Below are positions 58,148 to 64,000 of a stretch of DNA of 64,000 bases, piece by piece. Position 1 is the first letter of the stretch, and every line of letters begins with the position of its first letter. A program made the translations under genes and the position numbers. Under the pieces are notes generated by a model. The model was not told where the DNA came from and ran no database searches. It was given only the letters and a program-made list of their open reading frames with translations. This DNA comes from Minisyncoccota bacterium (GTDB lineage: Bacteria; Patescibacteriota; Minisyncoccia; Phycocordibacterales; UBA918), in the NCBI GenBank assembly GCA_021734905.1, contig JAIPIB010000002.1:111386-175385 (forward strand). The letters are read 5' to 3'.

Positions 58148-58321
58148 ATGTCACAAGATAAACTCATAAAACTCGTTTCTGTCGGCGATTCAAAAGGTGT
58201 CGGAAAAGGTCATACTTACTACACACGAAAGAATAAGAAGAAACACGCTGATAAGAAATTTGAGTTTAAGAAATTCAATCCTGTAGCTCAGAAACACACC
58301 CTTTATAAAGAAAAGAAATAA
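58148..58321 (+). CDS. rpmG: 50S ribosomal protein L33 (57 aa; below ORF-track cutoff)
   Basis: MSQDKLIKLVSVGDSKGVGKGHTYYTRKNKKKHADKKFEFKKFNPVAQKHTLYKEKK aligns with bL33 (KLVS..G.G..YTT.KNK....KLE..KFDP....H.LYKE.K). Confidence 0.85.
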   Translation: MSQDKLIKLVSVGDSKGVGKGHTYYTRKNKKKHADKKFEFKKFNPVAQKHTLYKEKK

Positions 58322-58322
58322 C

Positions 58323-58350
58323 AAAAAACCGGACACTTGTCCGGTTTTTT
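58323..58350. terminator. bidirectional intrinsic terminator (A6-CCGGAC-actt-GTCCGG-T6) shared by rpmG (+) and fba (-)
   Basis: read directly. Confidence 0.75.
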
Positions 58351-58351
58351 G

Positions 58352-59371
58352 TTATTTAGTATCGCGTGACGCGTCATACTTCCCCAATTGCGCCAAAGCA
58401 TTCATTTTAACTCTATACAAAAGAGCCTTTTGAGCTAGAGAAACATTTTCTGATTTTCCCTGCCATGCAAGGAGAAATGGTTCTTGAATCGCCCGTGAAT
58501 ACGAAAATGTAATCGGCCACGGCTGCTTTCCAAAACTTGCAATCGCTTGAAGATTTTCTGTTGCCCGTTTCGCAGCCTGTCCACCTGACAAAAAGACAAT
58601 GCCACCAACATCCCGCGGAACTGAAAGTTTAAATGTACGAAGTGTTGCGCTTGCAACTTCGTCCGCAGTTGATTGTTGAGGATTTGTATCGCCAGCAAGT
58701 ACCATGCTCGACTTAAGAATCAAACCTTTAAGATCTACACGATATTTTTTCAATGTTGAAAAAAGAATATTAAGCGTCCTCGTTGTAACCTCTTCAGCTT
58801 CTTCAAGAGTGTGCGAACCAGGAAACATTACTTCAGGCTCAACAATTGGAACAATCCCATTTGCCTGCGCAATGAGTGCATACTCTACCATGTGTACTGC
58901 ATTAAGCTCAAGACATTCATTCGTAGGAATCCCCTCACCAATATTCACCACGGCTCGCCATTTCGCAAAACGCGCACCAATTTTATAATATTCTTTAAAA
59001 CGTTCGTCGAGTCCATCAAGTCCTTGCGTCACTACTTCACCTTCAAATTGATCCAATTGCCTGACTCCCCCATCAACCTTAATCCCAGGCACCATACCTC
59101 GAGCAATCAGAACGTCTACAAAAGGAACACCCTGGTCGGTTGATTCCCTGATTGTTGAATCATAGAGAATGATTCCTGAAAGAAACTCCTCAATTCCCGG
59201 TGCGGTAAAGAGCATTTCTCTAAAATCTTGTCGGTTGCCACTCTGGTTTGGGAGATTCGCAAGTGCAAGTCGCTTCCCTGCCGTCCCGTCACTTTCATCT
59301 GCTGCGAGAATCCCCTTCCCGTCCAACATGAGCTGTGAGACTGTTTTATATAACTCAGTATTATTTTGCAT
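58352..59371 (-). CDS. fba: fructose-bisphosphate aldolase, class I (start at internal ATG MQNNTELYK)
   Basis: LDGKGILAADESDGTAGKRL and IKVDGG Schiff-base lysine region, as in class I aldolases. Confidence 0.8.
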   Translation of the reverse strand: MQNNTELYKTVSQLMLDGKGILAADESDGTAGKRLALANLPNQSGNRQDFREMLFTAPGIEEFLSGIILYDSTIRESTDQGVPFVDVLIARGMVPGIKVDGGVRQLDQFEGEVVTQGLDGLDERFKEYYKIGARFAKWRAVVNIGEGIPTNECLELNAVHMVEYALIAQANGIVPIVEPEVMFPGSHTLEEAEEVTTRTLNILFSTLKKYRVDLKGLILKSSMVLAGDTNPQQSTADEVASATLRTFKLSVPRDVGGIVFLSGGQAAKRATENLQAIASFGKQPWPITFSYSRAIQEPFLLAWQGKSENVSLAQKALLYRVKMNALAQLGKYDASRDTK

Positions 59372-59455
59372 AGTACAAAAAGTGTACCACGGTATAAGCA
59401 CACCTTCAGTATCAGTATGCACATATCAAACGAGCACGCGATCTCACGAACTTAT

Positions 59456-60220
59456 CTATGCACGAATTCTCCATCCAATTTTGAAGAGGTGAACAACAAG
59501 CAAGGTGAGTGTTGACAATATTCCAAAAATAATAACCAGTCCGAGTATCGCATTTGCCTCATGGACTCCGGTCATTGAGCTGCGTAATCCATCAACAAAG
59601 TAAAAAAATGGATTTGCTCGAGTAATGGTTTGCGCAAGTGGAGGAAGCATCGTGATTGAGTAAAATATTCCGCCTAAGTATGTAAGTGGGGTGATAAAAA
59701 ATGTATTGAGGATCGAAAGTTGTTCAAATCCTTGTGCCCACAATGCAACAAGAATACCCAACAGCGAAAATATTCCCGATACCGCAACGATGTAAAAAAT
59801 AAATAATAATGGTTGCTCCAAAGAAACAGCTCCAAAGAGAGTTCCCACACACACAATGAGAATGGCAACAATAACTGCTCGAATCACCGATCCGAGCATA
59901 AATCCGAATATCATTTCGATGTATGAAAATGGGGCTATGAGAATTTCATCAATACTCTTCATGAATCGCGCAAAGTAGAGTGAGCTTGAACTGCTACTAA
60001 AAGAGACGTTGATAATCGAGAGCATAAGAATCCCTGGAAACACAAACGTAATGTATGGGACACCAGCAACATCACTAATTCGTGTCCCGATAACGTGACC
60101 AAAGATAAAAATATAAAGTGCAGCAGAGACTACGGGAGAAATAAGTGTCTGCACAATAACACGCATCGTGCGTTCTACTTCTCGTCGTATCATCGTATAT
60201 ACGCCAATCCAATTAATCAT
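59456..60220 (-). CDS. ABC-2 type transporter permease
   Basis: 6 TM, ABC-2 family pattern, adjacent to ABC ATPase. Confidence 0.7.
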   Translation of the reverse strand: MINWIGVYTMIRREVERTMRVIVQTLISPVVSAALYIFIFGHVIGTRISDVAGVPYITFVFPGILMLSIINVSFSSSSSSLYFARFMKSIDEILIAPFSYIEMIFGFMLGSVIRAVIVAILIVCVGTLFGAVSLEQPLLFIFYIVAVSGIFSLLGILVALWAQGFEQLSILNTFFITPLTYLGGIFYSITMLPPLAQTITRANPFFYFVDGLRSSMTGVHEANAILGLVIIFGILSTLTLLVVHLFKIGWRIRA

Positions 60221-60229
60221 ATATGAAAT

Positions 60230-60961
60230 TTAATACGTTGCTCCTTGAGTAATTTCTAAATATTTTTTTTCGAGCGATGAACCATCTCGAATAAATTCGT
60301 CTTTTGTTCCCTCGGCGACAATTATGCCGTTATTGATGATTGCGATATTATTGCAGAGCGCCTCAACTTCTTCTAGGTAATGAGAGGTAAGGATAATGGT
60401 GGTCCCTGCTTTATTAAGTTCACGCAGATACTCCCACAGGTCATGTCGCTGTCTCACATCAATTCCTGCCGTCGGTTCATCGAGGATCAAAAGCTTCGGT
60501 GCGTGGATAAGTGCCCGTGCCAAGATAAGTCGCCGTTTCAAACCACCTGAAAGTTCTTTGAATTTTTTATTACGGTGTTCATAGAGTTCAAAACGTTTAA
60601 GGAGTATCTCAATTCTTTCCTCCCGAATAGATTTTGGGATTCCATAGTAGCCACCCATATAATCAAGGAGATCAGAGCTTGTTGCAAAGATATCAACATT
60701 AAACTCCTGTGGCGAAAGTCCAATTTTTTTTCGTGCCTCCTTGTACTCTCCTACAACGTCAATACCATCAACGAAGATCCTACCAGAGGTAATCGTCCCA
60801 ATACCAGTGATGCAATGAATCGTACTAGACTTGCCTGCTCCATTTGGACCAAGGAGACCAAAAAAACTCCCTCGTCTAATAGAGAGATTGAGGTTATCTA
60901 CAGCAATTTTTTTACCATATTTCTTGGTAAGTGAATCAATAAATAAAATATCGTCATTCAT
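60230..60961 (-). CDS. ABC transporter ATP-binding protein
   Basis: Walker A GPNGAGKSS, signature LSGGLKRRL, Walker B LLILDEPT. Confidence 0.9.
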   Translation of the reverse strand: MNDDILFIDSLTKKYGKKIAVDNLNLSIRRGSFFGLLGPNGAGKSSTIHCITGIGTITSGRIFVDGIDVVGEYKEARKKIGLSPQEFNVDIFATSSDLLDYMGGYYGIPKSIREERIEILLKRFELYEHRNKKFKELSGGLKRRLILARALIHAPKLLILDEPTAGIDVRQRHDLWEYLRELNKAGTTIILTSHYLEEVEALCNNIAIINNGIIVAEGTKDEFIRDGSSLEKKYLEITQGATY

Positions 60962-61002
60962 AGATACTTGAGTATACTATATAAAGCGAGTATCTTTAAG
61001 AA

Positions 61003-61755
61003 ATGACACAAGATGAGACATGGCTACTGAAGGAGAAATACAATGGTAAAATTGTGGAGGAATATAATACTGATTGTGCAAGACTAAAAAATGGCGAGCC
61101 TCTTGCCTACCTTATCGGACATATCCCGTTCATTAATACCACCATATATCTCGATTCTCACCCTCTCATCCCTCGTACTGAGACAGAGTACTGGGTACAA
61201 AATGTAGTGGATGAAATCTCTGACCGAGGCCTTGCCTCGGTCAGAGTACTTGATCTTTGTGCAGGTTCTGGATGCATTGGTATTGCGGTCTTGAATAATA
61301 TCGCTGATTCGCATGTCGATTTCGTAGAAATTGATACTGATCACCATGCAACCATCAAAGATAATGTTCTTAAGAACAATATAGACCAAACTCGTGCTAG
61401 AGTTTTTGGTGGAAATCTATTTGAAAACATCACAGACACATACGATTACATCCTCACGAATCCACCCTACATAGATCCAAAACTTGACCGGACAACATCC
61501 AGTGTTTCAGAAAACGAGCCGGCTCTTGCACTCTATGGAGGAAAAGATGGAGTATCTATCATCTCTTTAATCATAGAGAGAGCAGATAAGTTCCTAAAGA
61601 AATCTGGAGTACTTTTCATTGAACATGAACCAGAACAGGTAGAGACTATACATACCCTTGCTGCAAAAAAAGGTTTTTTTACCAAAACTGCGACTGATCA
61701 ATTCGGGACAAAACGGTTCACACGACTCACTCGCACAGACAGTCTTTCCATGTAA
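61003..61755 (+). CDS. prmC: release factor glutamine N5-methyltransferase PrmC (HemK)
   Basis: VLDLCAGSGCIGIAV SAM motif and NPPY catalytic motif. Confidence 0.8.
   Translation: MTQDETWLLKEKYNGKIVEEYNTDCARLKNGEPLAYLIGHIPFINTTIYLDSHPLIPRTETEYWVQNVVDEISDRGLASVRVLDLCAGSGCIGIAVLNNIADSHVDFVEIDTDHHATIKDNVLKNNIDQTRARVFGGNLFENITDTYDYILTNPPYIDPKLDRTTSSVSENEPALALYGGKDGVSIISLIIERADKFLKKSGVLFIEHEPEQVETIHTLAAKKGFFTKTATDQFGTKRFTRLTRTDSLSM
61218..61246 (+). repeat. hairpin CTCTGACCGAGG-ccttg-CCTCGGTCAGAG inside prmC CDS, sharing a 21-nt core with the intergenic hairpin at 37002-37044
   Basis: GACCGAGG(A/C)CTTGCCTCGGTC identical at 20/21 positions in both loci with compensatory outer-stem changes. Confidence 0.55.
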
Positions 61756-61766
61756 GAATAGATGCA

Positions 61767-61979
61767 ATGCAATCAAATATCTCAGATTTACTATACTCAG
61801 GAATGCAAGGACTTTTTTACTTTTTGCTCCTTGCCTTTACCATCCATACACTTTTCCTTGCGTATCACTGGTTTGCATACGGAAATAGTAAACAAGTTTC
61901 ACTTGTCGCACTTGCAACATACCTCAGTGGTGGTGCCATTTTATTACTCACCTATTCCTTTGCACTCTCAATACTTTAA
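61767..61979 (+). CDS. small 2-TM membrane protein
   Basis: ORF track; hydrophobic; upstream of bPH membrane protein. Confidence 0.35.
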   Translation: MQSNISDLLYSGMQGLFYFLLLAFTIHTLFLAYHWFAYGNSKQVSLVALATYLSGGAILLLTYSFALSIL

Positions 61980-61987
61980 AATTATTT

Positions 61988-62548
61988 ATGCTTACCGAAA
62001 AAATACAACTTGAGACAAATGAGAAAATCCTTATTCAGGTAAGAAAACATTGGTTCATACTTCTTGTTCAGTTACTTTCTGTTCTTTTTATTTCAGTTAT
62101 CCCTTTTGTTCTTTATTTCACGCTGTTAGCAACAGCAGAGACACTATCATCATTTTTGTTGGAATATGTACCAGTTTTTGTAACCCTTGGCACAGCATGG
62201 CTACTTGTTATGTGGATGGCCCTCTTTAATGTGTGGACGAATTACTATCTTGATGTCTGGACCATAACGACAAAACGACTTATTGCCGTAGATCAACGCG
62301 GGCTCTTCTATAGAAATACTGGAAGTTTTAGACTTGAACGCTTACAGGATATTAATATTTCTATACGTGGCATTATCGCAACATTCCTCAACTTCGGAGA
62401 TCTTGAGGCTCAAACAGCAAGCGAAGACCGTGAGTTTGTTGCCCGAAACATTCCACACCCTCGAGAGCTCAAGGCATTAATTCTTGACGCAACAGACAAG
62501 ACGACTTATGGGGCTATTCCTGATAAGTTTGACGGAACGGAAGTTTAG
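61988..62548 (+). CDS. membrane protein with bacterial PH domain (YdbS/YdbT-like, DUF304)
   Basis: two N-terminal TM helices followed by bPH_2-type beta-sandwich sequence (WTITTKRLIAVDQRGLFYRNTGSFRLERLQDI). Confidence 0.55.
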   Translation: MLTEKIQLETNEKILIQVRKHWFILLVQLLSVLFISVIPFVLYFTLLATAETLSSFLLEYVPVFVTLGTAWLLVMWMALFNVWTNYYLDVWTITTKRLIAVDQRGLFYRNTGSFRLERLQDINISIRGIIATFLNFGDLEAQTASEDREFVARNIPHPRELKALILDATDKTTYGAIPDKFDGTEV

Positions 62549-62584
62549 ACCTAAATTCCATATTGAGGTACAATCAATTTATCT

Positions 62585-63826
62585 ATGGCAAAAAAACTAG
62601 CAACAGAAGCCTATAAAGGCACTCGTGATTTTTATCCTAAAGATATGGCGATCCAGCGCTATATTTTTGATACGTGGGCAAAAACTGCCGAATCGTTCGG
62701 ATTTGAGCGATATGACGCATCAATTCTTGAGCCGTCAGACCTTTACAAAAGTAAAGGTGCAGAAAATGAAGAAATGGTAAATGAACAAACATATACGTTT
62801 ATCGACCGAGGTGACCGCGAGGTTACGCTTCGTCCCGAAATGACCCCAACTGTTGCCCGCATGATCGCTGCAAGACGCAGAGACCTCAACTTCCCTGTTA
62901 GATGGTACTCAATTCCAAATCTTTTTCGTTATGAACGCCCGCAACGAGGTCGCCTTCGCGAACACTGGCAGCTAAATTGCGACATGTTCGGTATTGATGA
63001 TATTGCTGCTGATGTAGAGATTATTTCACTTGCATATAATGTACTCAAAGAATTTGGCGCAGAGGATGAAGATTTTGAGATTCGTATTAATAGTCGAGCT
63101 TGGCTAACTGAAAAACTTAAGTCATACGATTTGGATGAAAACCAAATGAAACACATGATTCAGCTCATTGACAAAAAAGATAAAATAAAAGATTTCGAAA
63201 AAGAGTCCGAGATTATTACTGGACAAAAAATTGATTTCGAAATTACGGAAGCTCCTAAAGAAAGGAGTATCAAGAGTATTATTGATGCACTTAACTTAAT
63301 TGGAATTACAAATATAAAATTCTCACCAACTATTGTTCGTGGATTTAATTACTACACTGGCACAGTATTTGAAATCTTTGATACTAACCCAAAGAATAAC
63401 CGCTCACTTATTGGCGGCGGACGATATGACAATCTTACTGAACTTTTTGGTGGTGACGCTGTTACAGGAATAGGGTTCGGAATGGGTGACGTTACTATGC
63501 GAGACTTTCTTGAGACGCACAAACTATTACCGAAGGATCTTCATGTAACAGCTCCACGTCTTTCTATACTTCCTATGGGAAAAGACCTAAATATTGCATG
63601 TGAAAAGATAGCTCACACATTCCGCACTACTGGTGTCACTGTTTCTGTTGACCTGAGTGATAAAAAAATTGGAAAGAAAATTTCATCAGCAGATGACGCA
63701 GGTGTCCAATATGTCCTTGTGGTTGGTGAAGATGAACTTTCAAGTCAAAACTTTACGTTAAAGGAACTTGCAACCAAGGAAGAAACTGCCGGTCAACTTG
63801 ATGACCTTATTAAACACCTTGCATAA
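62585..63826 (+). CDS. hisS: histidyl-tRNA synthetase
   Basis: class II motifs; YKGTRDFYP, RPEMTPTVAR, GGGRYD signature. Confidence 0.9.
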   Translation: MAKKLATEAYKGTRDFYPKDMAIQRYIFDTWAKTAESFGFERYDASILEPSDLYKSKGAENEEMVNEQTYTFIDRGDREVTLRPEMTPTVARMIAARRRDLNFPVRWYSIPNLFRYERPQRGRLREHWQLNCDMFGIDDIAADVEIISLAYNVLKEFGAEDEDFEIRINSRAWLTEKLKSYDLDENQMKHMIQLIDKKDKIKDFEKESEIITGQKIDFEITEAPKERSIKSIIDALNLIGITNIKFSPTIVRGFNYYTGTVFEIFDTNPKNNRSLIGGGRYDNLTELFGGDAVTGIGFGMGDVTMRDFLETHKLLPKDLHVTAPRLSILPMGKDLNIACEKIAHTFRTTGVTVSVDLSDKKIGKKISSADDAGVQYVLVVGEDELSSQNFTLKELATKEETAGQLDDLIKHLA

Positions 63827-64000
63827 TGCATTACGTCGTATTTGATTTAGAGACACAAAATACTTTTGCTGATGCAGGGAGTAATAATCCTGCTGATTTA
63901 GATATTTCCGTTGGCTGTGTCTATGACTCAATCACCGATACATATACAACAGTTGCACATGATGAACTCCATAAACTATGGCCAATTCTTGAAGAGGCAG
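63826..64000 (+). CDS. DnaQ-like 3'-5' exonuclease (DEDD family), 5' partial at window edge; start overlaps hisS stop (TAATG)
   Basis: MHYVVFDLETQN Exo I motif. Confidence 0.5.
   Translation, partial: MHYVVFDLETQNTFADAGSNNPADLDISVGCVYDSITDTYTTVAHDELHKLWPILEEA

Noticed and set aside
1-64000. CRISPR arrays, rRNA genes, transposases or integrases
   Set aside because: No regularly spaced direct repeats, no rRNA-like conserved stretches and no DDE/tyrosine-recombinase-like ORFs were seen.

Overview
AT-rich (~35-40% GC), gene-dense bacterial chromosomal window. Gene content and style (class I aldolase, GH57/GH15/GlgA-like glycogen genes, compact holB and proS, many apparently leaderless promoters) point to a small-genome, CPR/Patescibacteria-like lineage; that is an inference from gene content only. 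Core content: a long minus-strand cell-envelope supercluster (murF-ftsI-ftsL-rsmH-mraZ, lysS, greA, mrdA-mreD-mreC-mreB, proS, rseP, frr, holB) and, further on, priA-like/def/fmt, hpf, tRNA-Asn, an HxlR-regulated RND efflux operon, a glycogen cluster (GH15/GH57/GT), rpmG, class I fba, an ABC exporter, prmC and hisS. Unusual items: (1) an orphan VirB4/HerA-type P-loop ATPase with a small upstream membrane protein and a 553-aa disordered partner; (2) an XRE-HTH::MurA fusion with a perfect palindrome over its own promoter; (3) a PriA homolog missing its ATPase motifs; (4) a 780-aa membrane protein combining two cytochrome-b5-like domains with a YVTN/cd1-like beta-propeller; (5) a tRNA-Asn locus flanked by partial tRNA duplications, compensatory hairpin repeats and several higher-GC singleton genes that look like an integration hotspot; (6) a 400-nt palindrome-rich intergenic region upstream of an RS-rich DEAD-box helicase; (7) a conserved hairpin present once intergenically and once inside the prmC CDS. 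No CRISPR array, rRNA or clear transposase/integrase was found. All coordinates, motifs and family calls were derived by eye from the sequence; no search or folding tool was run.
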